Shown here: positions 1 through 13,994 of the stretch, in pieces
How the letters are laid out: each line of letters begins with the position of its first letter
Position numbering within the stretch: the first letter of the stretch is position 1
Source: Lingula anatina
Lineage: Eukaryota > Animalia > Brachiopoda
Length of the DNA stretch: 64,000 bases
NCBI GenBank assembly: GCA_051362555.1
Contig: CM120647.1
Location: 20,498,651 to 20,562,650 of the forward strand
Reading direction: 5' to 3'
Notes under the pieces: generated by a model
Told to the model about the DNA's origin: nothing
Database searches by the model: none
The model's input: only the letters and a program-made list of their open reading frames with translations
Made by a program: the position numbers and the translations under genes

Positions 1-1173
1 TTTCCGCTTGCCATTGATTTCAAACAAGAATATCACAGAATCAGGATTAGGAAGAAAAACATAATGAAAGTGTGCCATAGGTTTAAATGCAACCCAGGTC
101 CTGAGCCGTTCGCGGCATGTTGTAATTCATCATACTTCTATATTGTGGACTGTGGACCAATTAGTTTTAAAGGACACAAGACTTGTCTATTCTATAGATT
201 TTGCCGTTTTTCGATGCTTCCACTGAAAAATTTAAAAATCAAAGAGAACGTGTACGTAACAAAATTTTCTGCCGTCATCAGTTAATGAAAGTTGCCGCGA
301 ACCTTTCTTCATAATTCGCATCAATGGTCTTTTATTCATCAGATTGCATCAGTTAATTACTGCAAATGTTGGTTCATTATTATGGCCTCTCAGGACAAAA
401 CAGAATCGTTTTTTTAATCCCATCAAAACAAATGTTTTCCTGTGTTTTAACACATGTCAAAGCTTTTTTTGTCCATGTGGGATTTTTGCTAAGCATCAAT
501 ATCAGCGCGTGCTTGATCACCATTTTGACATTCTTACATGCTTTGCCTTGGTACGCCACTTCATATCAAATCTTAAACACTTTACACAGCAGAAAATTCA
601 ATCCAGTTAAAGCGCAGTAGACCTCAGACTGTTTTCGAAGAAATGAAGCAAGAGCTCTGTGAATTTCATCTATACGGTAACCTTGGCAAATATACATGGT
701 CTCCAGAACAAACCACGACCTTGAAATTTTACAATCAGCACAAAGAAATCAGGGTCATGTACTTTCAACTGAATGTACTTTCACAACTAACACATTCTTA
801 GTTTTCCCTTTGGTTATAATTTTAACTTTTTACGTGCATTGGTAACTGTACTGTTAAAGGGATCTACTATGATGTTTTTAACTTTTTAAGATCTTTTATG
901 GCTAATCGGTTTATACCCTGCCATGGAGTCTTTATAAAGACTAGTAGAAGTAGTTTATATGCATCAATAGGAAGCTGCACTCGCTTCATAGGTATCTTTA
1001 AAATTACAAAAAGACGCGTGCATAACAAAGGCAATATGTGCTTTTTACCCACGTCTCGTTTTGAAACATCAAACTGGGAGACCCGCATAGTTTGACCTCA
1101 GATCATGGGAGGAACAAGCATATGTTTAGAGTCAGCCTTTAGTAGGCCCTCCCTCTTTATCGAGAGAGACACC

Positions 1174-1944
1174 ATGTTTGGACATTTCCTGTTGACAGCG
1201 TTGACCTTGTCTTATTGTATTGGCAGCAGATCAGCAATCCCAGAGACAGGTATTTAGAATGACTTATAGAACTATTATTTTCAAGGTTCCGGACAGATGT
1301 ATCATATATTCATAGTGCATAGTGAATAATAATCATCATAAAACAGAATGCACATTAAGTTTCGCCACGAAAAAAATTAAGAGACACTGGCTGCAATATT
1401 TCCCTTTTCGTCTTGAAAAACCCTATCAGCTTTGAAGCTTAAAATGGTTACAGAGTTTATTGTGGCTGGCTGTATTGGTAGTGTATCTTCATTTTCAGGG
1501 TAATCACTGATACTGTGTCCCCCAAGTCGTAACCCGCATTTATTTGCTCTGTTAGATGTAGCGTCTAAGACTATACTGGTATTGTATTTATACGTGCACG
1601 CAAAGACAATATGCATCATAAATGTACATATATCCACATTGACAAAGCCTTTGAAGGAACAGCTATAATTAACTCATGACTGAGCATAAAAGTACTGATA
1701 TCTGAAACTAAATAACTATTTAAAGTGAAGCTCTAAAAAGTTTTATACGTGGTTCATGCGACACAGTAACGAAAAGCATGCATTTAAGAAACGATTGGCC
1801 TGGTGTCACCGATTCAACAGCGATCATTCAAATTTTCAGGCCAGTGTGAAAGTAACGGGGGACATGTTTTTCCTGCGGACATGCATTACGGGGGACCTTC
1901 GTCCCGTTCACAGCGATCTTGATATCTATGACGGTGTTAATTTG

Positions 1945-2017
<73 letters not shown>

Positions 2018-3118
2018 TTTGTTCTGTTATTGACCTTATGCCAATGCTCATTTTCACTTTTAGAAGGCTTTTAGGTTCTGCATTTCCCTGAACCAGATAA
2101 CACCATCTCTTGGTCACATCTACAGGCGACCACCCCGATCTGAATGCCTTCACAGCCTGCGTATGGATCAAAACCATCACAAGCGGCCCCATTCTATCCT
2201 ACGGCTCAGAGAGATGTCATAGGTGTATTGAACTTGAAAACAACCCCGTTGGTCACGGCTAATCCGTTGTCTTGAAGGGCGACAGCGTTCTGGATGAGTC
2301 ATCTCGTGTCGAAGCGCCCCTACCGGCCGATGGAAACTGGCACCACTGGTGTGTGGTGTGGAGTGGTATCAAGAGAGAGATTAATATCTATAGGGATGGT
2401 CTCCACGCGCTGAAACGCCCTGTTATAATTCCACGTATACCTGGAGGTAAGGACACGACGTTTGTACGTTACGAAAATAAAATACGATTATTTTGTTTTC
2501 AGGTGTATCCATATAAGCTGTCAGAACACAGTGTTGTTCACAACTTCATTTTGAAGCAGCATATTTAATTATGCACCAAGGTGTTCGAAATTTATGGTCA
2601 AACAAATATACTTTCGACAAGGGATATTATCAAATTGCGTTGTTGATTTTACTTCACAAGTTATAATAGTGTATAGGGCACAGATATACCACATTAATCT
2701 AATGTATTCTTAAACCTGACCTACTGTACCCGTCAAACAGGATCATAGCTCTGGCAAATGCAGTTATTAATCCTCTGTGAATTTGTGTAACTTAATATTA
2801 TGTAAATCCAACCCCTAAACAATCGTCTGATTCGTTTAACATATCAAATGTGTTTCTTTTCATATCTAGTTAAAATTGTAAATCATTCCAGGTGGTAAGT
2901 GGGTTGTTGGACACACCCATTACGAGGCGACACCTGATTGTTCTCCTAAGCATCCATCATTCGTGGGATTCGTCGGGGGCGTCAACGTCTGGGACCATAA
3001 TAAAGTCGACCTCCCCGGCCTGGCAATATGTGCCAATACTGACGAGGGGAGTCTCATTCCTTGGGATACCGTCACCAAATCTATCTTCAAGGTCGAGACA
3101 TACAAGGAATATTGTTAA
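1174..3118 (+). pseudogene. Short pentraxin (CRP/SAP-like, LamG fold) gene, apparently disabled; exons ~1174-1249, ~2064/2126-2446, 2892-3118
   Basis: Exon 1 encodes a signal peptide, MFGHFLLTALTLSYCIGS, then a GT donor at 1250. Pentraxin motifs follow: LHFPEP...DLNAFTACVWIK...ILSY...DGNWHHWCVVW...IYRDG...IPGG|GKWVVG...FVGFVGGVNVWD...C...GSLIPW, ending TAA at 3116-3118. There is an in-frame TAA at 2260-2262. If the 2063 acceptor is used, there is also a TAG at 2072-2074 and a frameshift near 2100. Confidence 0.75.
1948..2016. repeat. (TA)n microsatellite
   Basis: Uninterrupted TA run; it produces the spurious IYIY ORFs. Confidence 0.95.
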
Positions 3119-4058
3119 ATTTGTTATCTTTATTTGACTTCGGGTATAAATGAATTTGTATTTGGAGTAAAAATTATTTCTTGGATACCGTTATTTTATT
3201 TAGTATCGAGGCAGCATCCTGAAAGGATCAACAGTAGTGCAGCACGCCTTCTTTTTCCTAAAAATCCCTAGTTACATGTATGGATAAACCAAATAATATT
3301 TCACAATAAAGAATTGTCGAAAGCAAAAAGATGGTTTCGAAGTATTTATGGCACTTACGTTAAGAACCTGTCACTCTTTGCTTATGCCATAACTGTTAAC
3401 ATTTTATAAAATTTCCAAAAACATGCGACTTGGTTCTATTTAGCAGGTGCATTGTTGACACCTACCAGGGTCTTTCACATGGCGTCATTTGATTGTGTTT
3501 ACTCGATTAAAAGCAACGTATGTTCCTATCGGAGACACAGAGTTAAGCGTCGAAAGACAATGATACGCACAATTGCATTACCGCTTGTAATTTGTTTTGC
3601 AAATATAAAAAGTCAGAGAAAGGGTTTAAAGAAGCTTGCGTATTTGCGCTGAATTACTGTTTTGTCAAATCTTCAACTGACAGAATAATTTTAAAAAAGC
3701 GCGCTAATGTGCCTGGCGCTCCCTTTTTTCAGTTATAGAAAAGTACCACAAAATAATATTTGCTTTATACGTCGCCTTTATTCGTCAAATGACAATAGTC
3801 AATGTCTGCAAATATCTATCTATTATCCTCTCAGAGCACAACTAAATATTTAGATATCTTTATTTATTAAGCCACCATTACAATTGTTCTAACTTTACCT
3901 AACATATAAGTATCCTTTTAATTTTTAAACACCTTTAGACAACCTTTTCAATGAAATTGTTTCTTGATTTAGGGTCAAATGGGTCCAATGAACTATCTTG
4001 ATATCTCTGACAAAATAACTTTGGAGTTCTGAATTTATCTAGTCTGCACCCAAGGTCT

Positions 4059-7000
4059 TCACAACATACTGCAACCTACAAGTTTTAAAGACACCATTAG
4101 GAAAACGGTATCAGGAAGCGAAAGAGACTCCATTACAGCCATATTATTCATTGGAATCCCCTTTGGAGTAAAAACCGAGCCATCGACATCTTCGACTTCA
4201 TTTTCCCTAGTTGTCATCGGAACAATTTCTCTCTCTCCCTTAGCTAAAACTGTTGGTCTAATGCTGATCTGACCTGGGATCATGAAATAAGACCTGGCAA
4301 AGTACGTGCACAGATCCATCCGCAGGGAAATAAACTGTTTCAATGCATCGGCGTAGGTGGTGGATTCTTTACTCAAGCGGAAGTCCATGCTCATCATTAA
4401 TGAATTTTTCTCGCAGTGAACAGCCGGTGTGGTATCTTAAAATGATAAAACTGCAGCTTGAAAATTATCCTGGTTTCGTGCAACAACATACTTCAGGTTG
4501 ATTGTTTAACCGTAATTTATTACAACCTGTTCAATGTCCTTACGCTAATCAGTTTTAGACAATGTGGAATATTTGTTTTAGAATAGTTATAGAGGTGAAA
4601 TTTTTTTAACAATCTTGGTACCTGTCAGATATAAAAAAATAAAATAAAAAGATAAACTGAAAGGAAAACGTCTGTTAACACTATTGCAGAAATGCGTGAA
4701 TGAGTTCTCGTCAAATATATAGAACGTACGGCATATAATTTCATACCTTGTTATGCGATCAAAATACGATAAAAGCATTTTTCTCACAAAAGTGGTATTA
4801 ACCTTGGTTTGCCACTCTTGATTGAGGGGTTTGAGGAATTTGTTATAAATTTCTGTAAAAATAAACTATTTCACCTACCACAGAAGTCATTGGTGACCTG
4901 GCTGACCTTGTCACCTTGCTGGCAGTTGTCTTCAGAGGCTGGCGTGCACTGTTGCAATGGCTTCGGCATATACGTCCACCCTGCAGCTGTTACGTTTGCC
5001 AATAACTCACGTTGCTTTAAAAACCAACGTTTGAACGCTGTGCATACAATTGGGGCTATCGGTGCGCTCTCTTCGATAGTTATCAGTGATCGTCCGATCT
5101 CCAGGCTTACATTTATGACATGGCGAGTGCTGTAAAGCATCTGAAATGGTGTGTGTGTAACGTTCCCGCTCGTGGAGTCTTCGTTTGTCTGGAATAATTC
5201 ATTAAAATATATTAACGTAGCCTTCAATAAAAGAGTTCGTCAGCCGTATTTTATACCCAGATATTTATAATATTTTCTTCAAAACAGGAGATTATAATTC
5301 CTTTCAAGCAACAGACAAACTGCGGAAAAAGAAATGTATTTGTCTGGAATTAAATCCAATAGTGTCAGTTGTTTGATTTCACCACAAACAGTACTTAATT
5401 TTTTTCTAATTTTCGACTGATAGTTGTCTGCTGTGGAGTTGGTAAAAGATACTATGGTACTCTTGGAATAGAAAAAAAAAGACATTGGAGGTAACTGTTG
5501 ATTCGAATAAGCCTAACCTCAATATAGTAATAAAGATGTGCAAATATCCTTGATCTATGATGACGATATGACGTGTGATGTTTTCTTAGATATATGAAAG
5601 ATTTTAATACTCACATTTCCTATCGAAGGGTTCAGGAGAGCTACAAATCCAGAACGTACTTGAACGTATACTCTTGCATATTCTAGAAAAGACAAGTGGG
5701 CAAATAAAACCGTTCATTCACTCGTGTTCTGTCATGTTATTTTTCCATGCATTGTCATCACTTATGAATACACGAAAGGCTTAAGAGATTTATAACTTTA
5801 CAGCCTGGTCACTTTTTAAGAGCATCAGCTAAACTTTGCTTGGTCCTGTCAATTAATTAACGTAAGGAAATGCACTTGGGGAAAAGAATGAAAAAGATTT
5901 AAACACATGTTGGAGCTGTGTAATTACTGAAAAGTGTAATGGTACAGAACGAAGCACTTAACCATACCTCTCGATGTGAAAATGCGTGTTCTGGGGTTCT
6001 TTGGGCAGTTGCCGTCTACTGTATAGGCAGCAAGGCAAATCGCACAATATATGTTCTGCGCATAGCCGACGGTGGAACCCTGGCGCCTTAACTCTACGAT
6101 CGTTGAAGGTGAGGAGGAACACAGGTCTAGAAGGTTTGTTTCTCTATTACGGCAAGCCAAGGTTCCATGCCACACCCCACTCTTAAATTGGTGGCCTCTG
6201 TTGCCAAGGTGACAGGGTCGACCTCTACTGAAAGGAGGCTGGAATATGAAAGAGCAGTCAGGACGACGCGCCATGAGAGCGATGACGTCCCGCGAAGTAA
6301 AAGCGTCCAAAAAACCATCTTGATTAGTGTAGAAGCAGGCAAGGATGACGTCCCAGGGTTGATAATCTTTGACGCCATGGCAAAGCGCGCAGAACCGATT
6401 CTTAAGCGTTACATTTGCAGAGAGGAGTTCGACCGGGGGTAGAATGTCGTTACTATCAGTCATCTTACCAGACTCGCAAGACACTCGCGTATTGTCGTCA
6501 GGCCAATGTGAAGGGCACTTAGTAACCATCCAGAAACGACGATCTCCTACGTTGGGCCGTGTGCTTTGAATTACACACTGGATATCAGTCTCCATAATGG
6601 ACAAGCTGTGACCCTGGGAGGTCGTGTTTGAGTTCATGTCTTTTGCGCAGCTGCTCTTTGGGAGTTGACAGTCAACCGGAGCTTCACTGTCCGAAGTGGT
6701 AAAGTTGTTTTCGTTTGTGTGTTTGGAACCATTGGCGATAAGTTCACTTTTCAAACAGTCATAACAGCAGTCATTAAACAGTGTGCAGAATTCGTCACAA
6801 AAGCATCGAATCATGATTAATTCGCCAGTCTTATCCGGACGAGACACACAGAGCCACCTGTTTGACTGAAATTTAGTGTTTATTTGATCTGTAATGTCTG
6901 AAACTGTGCTGTTAAAATTGTATAAAAAATTCGAGTTTGTGTCATTGTAAGGTTGGGTGAGCAATGTGCTAGTGCGAACGGTTCTTTCAGTCACGTGTCT

Positions 7001-7777
7001 GTCACCAGTAACAATGACACTTTCATAATCTGATGAATTCGGAAAATGTTGGCTATCTGTCGAAATGGATCTTATAAATCTTGAACCAGTCTTCTTCTGT
7101 CGGTTAGTCTTTTTCGGTTTACAATGAGAACTAACAGAGTTCTGGTTTGGACATTTCACCAAAGTCTGATTTTCGTCAATCTTTTTGAGTGTCTGCCCCA
7201 CAACCAATAAAAATGTACTCCTCGCACTTTCATTAGCATAAATGCTACCCATGAACGCCTGACCCCTTGAAAATGAACTTGGCATGTCTTTTCTCTTGGC
7301 ACTTTTAACCACTGAACTGACCGGCTGTGACTGACGTTTGCTTTGACTCACCGATTCCTTAGATGCCCATCCTGTTTGACCGTGTGTTCCTGTCTTTGTG
7401 TTCACAAGCAAAACCGCTCCCCTTCCAGACAGCTTTCTCCTCAATTTAACATGGTGGTCAGATTTAGCATCGCGACGCTCTTCCGGTGCAGACAAATGAC
7501 TGCCGTAGTGACTGGCCTGCTTGCATCCTTCCTGTTTTAAGGTTGCATTTTCCATACCACCACGAGCTTTTTGCGGACATTCCGAAATGCTGAACGTCTT
7601 TTCACCATATTTTGCTATCTTGATGCTGTCATTTGGTTGACGTCTCTTCACAATAAAATCAGACTGAGTAGCCTTAATAATGTGAATGGGGAAAATGTTC
7701 AAAGCATAAAGAGTAAGAAACACGACGCAAACGTGCTTCCGTACCTTTGCGCCAGGTTTATTGTACGGGAGAGACAT
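4059..7777 (-). CDS. Cys-rich SMB-like/Methuselah-ectodomain-like secreted or membrane-anchored protein, paralog A (~854 aa); exons 7777-5968, 5682-5615, 5188-4879, 4435-4059
   Basis: N-terminal hydrophobic segment (VCVVFLTLYALNIF), basic linker, RFIR/S furin-like site, CFCDEFCTLFNDCCYDC (SMB-like), MVTKCP...C...PVE...TLKNRFCALC and a hydrophobic C-tail. GT-AG introns in phases 1, 0, 1 give a continuous frame (2565 nt). Confidence 0.8.
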
Positions 7778-9546
7778 TGCAGTTTCAAAATCTCTCCAAG
7801 TCTTAATCTGCGGCTTGGAACCGCTTTGCAGGGTTTTATGTTGACTTGCACACAGTCGCCGTGACTTAATCGCACGTTTTTATCATGTTTTAGCATGATA
7901 TTTCTTTGTAAACCAAAGTAAAGGCCATGTCGGCATTATTACGTGCTATTGAATTTACCCTTTAAGTCTGTCATTTAATGAGAATCTTTATCTAACCCAA
8001 CCTTGTTTTTTTCTCCTCTCTTTTACGTAATGTTTCATTGTTTACGTAACATTAAAAGAAAACCTGTAGACGATTTTCTGTTATAAAACAACTTTAAGTC
8101 TTTAAGCTATTTTTCTATAAAGATTCAAGTGCAACATTCCTTTTGTGTGGACTGCCCTAAAACTCTTTTGACTCAAAGGGAATAACAAAGTTTTGCTGTA
8201 AAGTCATGACTAAGTTTCGATGTCACGATCTTTGGCGTGAGGTCGACGATCAAACGGATTGGCTTTCTCTCGTGATTGTCGTTTCAGATGATGCAGTAAG
8301 TTATTGAAGCGATTTAGTTTATTCTGTAAACTGATCAGAAAAACCATTAAGGCGACTAATTTAGACAAAAAACCCAAAGAATCGTGATTGTAAAATTAGT
8401 AAGGTTAATTATCTGCAAACGAACAAATTTACTTTCATGTCCGAATACTTTTTCTACATAACAGGCATACCACAACCCGCACCGAATCCGGCTACGTATT
8501 TTTCAACCTTCTACCATTTCAATTTACCCGACGGCATAAGTAGTCTCTGACGAAATTGATCGTCAACTCTAATACAAATACACGGAGCTGTTTGAGACAA
8601 CAACAACAGTAAGATTTTTTTCTGAGCGCAACGAAAATGGAACGTTTTTTATCTATATTGCCTCGCTTTTTAGAAATATCGGTGATTTTTTAAAACTTCA
8701 ATTATTTTAAATGCGTACACCATTTTGATGCATTTTAATATTTATTGATTCTCATATGCACTTTTTATATTACATTATATTTACAAAATAATTGTTAATA
8801 TTTATCATCTGAATGTAATAAAAAACACTTGTATTACAATAATCCCTCGTTTGTTTTAACCTCTCCCTTACACGGTTTGACACCCTTCCTTCTAAATGCC
8901 ACTTATTAGTGAGATTTGACCAATCACCCATCCTCCATTCCCAACATTCAATCGTAAAATAGTGTAAAATTGCAAATTGAAGTATACTGCCTCTATTTTA
9001 ACCCCATGGTTATAAGACAATTCGACCCCGGGCAATCCCTCAAGGATAGAAAATACACTGTTTTAGAATAATCTCTTTGAAGCACTTGGAAATGTGTTCG
9101 TATTTCCCCAAATATTTACATATAGACAGATTATAGGCCATTTATAAGATTCAGAAGCAGACCCGAGAGGCAGTCTAAAACAAGTCAATGCTGTAGCCAC
9201 ACAGTTGGCCAATCAGTGCTTGTGTCGATCTATTGGCACCTGTCAATCATCCCTTTTTCAATGTACATATTTTTTAACCCTTGAACGTACGTTTCTTTAC
9301 TTGCACGAGCACTGTTTTATAAATATGGACGAAAGAATGCCATGTATAAATGTGTTCAATGAATTTATATAAAGTAGTATATGAATCTGCCTATGTGCAA
9401 ATTTAAATGTATTAATTGAAAGAAACGGCCACATATCTTTAACATATCATTAAAATCGTTCTGCCACGATGCATGAAAGAACCAAATTGTAACTTTATAC
9501 ATCTGAGCAGTACTAATGGACAGGTGTCAGGTGGCAATTCACTGGG

Positions 9547-9590
<44 letters not shown>

Positions 9591-9717
9591 CCACACATGT
9601 TCCTTTCCTCACCCACTTTCTGCGGAAGCTTCATTTACATATAAAGTGTACACAAAGTACGCTCCTTGGACAATACCCTTTGGCTACGGCGGTGTGATAA
9701 ACAAGGAAAACGCTGAC

Positions 9718-11346
9718 ATGAAACTCAGGCATGAAAGAAGTAAGAACACCAGGTGCTCGAGCAAACAGTCGTTACTGAAGCTCTTTTTTCGTTTTGGCTG
9801 TTTTGTAATCTTCGTTTTGCAAACAATACGCGCCAGTAAAGACACGGCTGAACAATCCACGTCCGTGGCTTTTGGCGATGTTCAAGCGGCCCATGATGGT
9901 AGATATGATAACAGGAATCATATCGGAACAAAGAAAAAGAACCGATATAGAGGCAGGGCGGAGAGTGTAAAGGCCTTCGAGTCAAATCTTCACAATGGTG
10001 GAGCAGATTGTGTTGACTTTGTCTCCAGGGGTTATGGTGATATTTATTTGGGTGACAAAGGTTGTTGGCCCTACAGGCGAAGAAGAGTCGCAGGAGAGCA
10101 GAAAAGGACCCTAGATGAACATTTAAGTGAAAAACATGTCACTGCGCATCGCACCGGTCAAAAAATACGAAGACCAAAATTCGGTCCGTCTAAGAACCAG
10201 TATTTGTTCAAAAACACTTTCTCAGTTCACAATATCAGTGACCAGAAATGTATGAATTTACGCGAAAGTGAAGCTAAAAGAGAAAAGCCGTCACTTGCAA
10301 ATTGCCAAAGACTTAAAAGAAGTATATTCAATAGAAGAAATGGCCCCGTCCCACGAGTTTTTGCCACAGAAAACAGTTCTGTTGAATCTTTTAATACAAA
10401 TGACATTGGGTATGACAATCTTACTGTCACTGAAATTGCAGATCAAATTAATAGCAATTTCAGAACAAACCAATGGCTTTGTGTGTCAACTACTCTAGGG
10501 GACGCCTATTGGCTTCGGATCCATTGCTATTGCGATGAATATTGTGAACTGTTAAACGACTGTTGTTATTACTGTCTGAACTATGCGGAGACTGCAAACA
10601 GAACAGGGAAAGACTCCAAGTTAACAGATTCAGAAATATATCAATGCCACATACAAAGCTCTTCGTATGTTACAGATTCGCGGTATTACTGGATGGTCAC
10701 AAAGTGCCCAGCAAACTGGAAAAACGATGCGATTCGTGCCTTGTGCGAGTCCGGTGTGGTGACTCTCGAAGACAACGTTCTTCCACCAGTTGAGCTCCGT
10801 TCTGCAAATGTCACGTTCAAAAACCGCTTCTGCGCTACGTGCTTCAATGTCTCAGACATTCTGAATTGGGAAGTAGTTATTGTGTGCTCAAAGTCGGCCC
10901 AAGATGGCTTCTTGAACGCGTCCAGTACACGTGAAATCCTCCAACGTATGGAGACTCATGGCGACTGCTATTTCATTTTCCAGCCTCCGCAGACTAGAGG
11001 CCGACCCTGTCACCTTGGCAACAGAGGCCACCAAGTCAGAGGAAGAGACTGGTATGGGACGTTAAACTGCCGGTATAAAAAACTCCCGAAACTTTATGAA
11101 CTTTGTTTGTCGACTCCTTCCACGATTGCGAGCTTCATCAACAAACATAGCGACATAACGCTGCACGCGCAGAATATCTTTTGCGCCGTCTGCAATGGTC
11201 CCCTGATAATTGACAGGTGTGACAGTGGAATTCCTATTGCCGTAGGTGCGCATATTTTATGTCATGTTATACATTATTTCAGACTTTTATCAACCGATAA
11301 GTTTCTTAAGTAGGTATTCCGTAAGGTAGGCCTAATAGCAATATGC

Positions 11347-11379
<33 letters not shown>

Positions 11380-13457
11380 GTGTGCGTGCGTGCGTGTGTA
11401 TGTGTGTGTGGCTTACCAGCGTGTGTTAAACTGATGTAGCCTATAGGCCTATACCGCAGCATGTATGACGCTAAGAGACATTGACCAATGATATATCATT
11501 TTTCTAATCTAAGATCTAGTCACTATAGCGATTCGGATTATGATCCTGGTAATGATATTAAAGGTCTACACTTTTGTGAAGGCTGTTGAGTTGGTAAAAC
11601 AGTTAGCCCATGTTGTAGGCCTACTGAGAGCGGCTGCATGTCCTATTGCAACCGTGGGGCTGCTAGAATTAACAGGGCCTATTTCTGCTATTTAGTAAAG
11701 AATAACGCCGTTTTATCATCTTACCTGGAGACCATAAGAAATCTCTCTCATCTCATTGGTGTAGATAAATCTTAAAAATATTTAGCAAATTTAGGACACG
11801 TCATTCATTTCCAGATCGACGAACGTTTAATCCAACTGGGTTTTCTGCCCTTTTAAGTCCCCGGATGTTAAGTGTAAGTACAACAATATTTTCAGTCGTT
11901 GTCGTTACTAGATTAGGCCTATGCTCTTCTTCTTTGTGGGTGAAATCGCAAATTTTCTTTCGTCATCTATTTTGTGATTATTACCAAACTGGTGAACTTA
12001 TTTCAACATAGGCCTACAGTTTATGTGTTCTCTAAGGTTTAAAGGTATCATGAACTTTCATTCATTTTAAAATAAATCGTCATTTTCGTCTTTGTAGTTT
12101 TACCACCCGTTTTTCCTAGAAGACATCTTGGAATTTTCCTTTATCGATCTCCAAACGTTTAACGAGTACAAAAGGAAACCCTATAAACGCAAAGAGAACA
12201 AATATCGTGAACTTTTTTTTTTTTACTTTTGAAGAACTGACCCCATAAAAATGCAATATTGATATCAATAATTTTAGTCTTCATAAAATGGAACAATAGA
12301 TAACAGAATTAAACACAAATGCGCATTCTAAATAAAAGATTTTAAAAAGTGTAAAGGAAAATATCGACGCCTTTAATACGTTTTAACAATTTCAACTTTT
12401 ATTTATTCGCGTAAAAGATCTTGTGTCGTCAGAATTCGGGCCGTTTTATTTTGCATTGCCATATATATTTTCAATATTTTTTTGCATTGTTTTATGGTGT
12501 CTGCATATTTGCCAGTTTTGCTGTCTAGTCTATATTTTTCAGGACGCCGAGACGAGGTCCACTGGCGAGGGATGGGCACCTTTCGAAGCTTTCTACAGTA
12601 CCACGTACCTCATCCAAATTCGGCTTACCATTCCGCGGGGAGGCGCCACCAACGACGGAGACATTGCTTCAGCCAATGCCACTTGTGGACAGTTTTCCAT
12701 CTGGTTTCGAAGGCAGCACTCTTTCTTGGAGGGACTCCGCGTTCAGGGTTGGTCGTTCGTTCTGTATGAAGATCAATGTAAGTGGGAGAGCTCCGGAGGT
12801 TGTGGGGCTATGGCAGCGTTCACAAATGTACCCAAAGGTATGCGTCCCTTTAGTATTATGGTTTATTTAATGCATTTCAGAAACAGAAAGGTTAGTTGCA
12901 AAAGTGATCCGTTCTTTCGTTTTTGTTTTTATTATCTCGAACAGTATTTTTGTTGGTTTTATACATAATGATTCAGGACCCCCAAGCAATTGCCATATCA
13001 ATTAAACTAGCATTCAAAATCTGTACCACAGGCTTTCACGGCAATGACGTAAAACTGATTGCATTAATAAGCCTTCGCGTATTTTCTTTCAGATGCGGCA
13101 GCCGGTGCCCCTTGTGCGACCGATCCCGCCACATTAAGCACTGACATGGAGGTCAATTTCTCCCTGCATAAAGAATTGTCCATCTACGACGAGGGCGTCC
13201 AAATGCTTTTTTCCCTGAAGAACAATCTGAATACCTTCTTTGGCAGCTCGCATATTTCTGTATTTAGTGGGGTTCCGCTCACGGCGAGAGTCGCGTTTTT
13301 TTACCCAGAGACTAGTCCGAATGAAACTCGGATCAATGGTGAATATCCAAAGCCGAGTCATGGAGCAAAAGACGACGCCCCAACGCCCGGTTTCTCTTTT
13401 ATGGTAGTTGCTGGCGTATTCACTGTGTATTTATTAAAGTATCTGAGATACATTTAA
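9718..13457 (+). CDS. Cys-rich SMB-like/Methuselah-ectodomain-like protein, paralog B (~748 aa); exons 9718-11245, 11815-11873, 12543-12837, 13093-13457
   Basis: Signal-like LFFRFGCFVIFVLQTIRA, RLKR/S furin-like site, CYCDEYCELLNDCC, MVTKCP...PVELRSANVTFKNRFCATC, and QPPxxRGRPCHLGNRGHQ shared with paralog A. Intron phases are identical (1, 0, 1). C-terminal hydrophobic stretch FSFMVVAGVFTVYLL. Confidence 0.8.
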
Positions 13458-13647
13458 CATCGAGGAATAGTTGTATAATCACGTTCTGGTAAAAACTGCC
13501 GACACCTCATGCCGATGAACATTCACAACCATAAAACTGTGTTTACTTAAATTGACCTGTCCACTTTGATGGGTTCTAACGTGTAATTTCTCCAAGGCGT
13601 TTTAACCCCTTTCAAAGGTTCTCCACAATTTAGGTTCCTGGACCCGA

Positions 13648-13682
<35 letters not shown>

Positions 13683-13994
13683 AATAATAATAATTATAAT
13701 AATAATAATAAACTTAAGTCAGGTTCCCTGGATAAGAACTCAATTTCCAAGGTCGCATGGGCAAGTCTTACCCTATCAGGAGCAGTTTAACAGCACGCAT
13801 GGCACTCTTTTCTGGTTTTGGTGCATCAGATCTTTAAATGTGGTCCCAGTATTAGACGGACTAATATTGTAATGTCCGTGGCACTGGCAAGTACTTTTTT
13901 CTCAAATTTAAGACAGTAATCATTCGTCGGCTTACCTTAGCTTACTGACACATTACTCAGTAGTAGTTTATACATGAATTTTATTACCTCCATT

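Noticed and set aside
1756-2192. ORFs with IYIYIY runs
   Set aside because: Artefacts of the (TA)n microsatellite; the same applies to 9473-9697.
2260-2262. Selenocysteine or readthrough at the pentraxin internal stop
   Set aside because: The codon is TAA, not TGA; no SECIS was recognised and other lesions are nearby.
9646-9717. ORF-track start at 9646 for paralog B
   Set aside because: It is a GTG. The first in-frame ATG is 9718, which places the hydrophobic segment at a position comparable to paralog A.
12039-12376. Possible Kolobok-type MITE (TTAA-AGG...CCT-TTAA)
   Set aside because: Inverted similarity beyond the first few bases is too weak to call without other copies.
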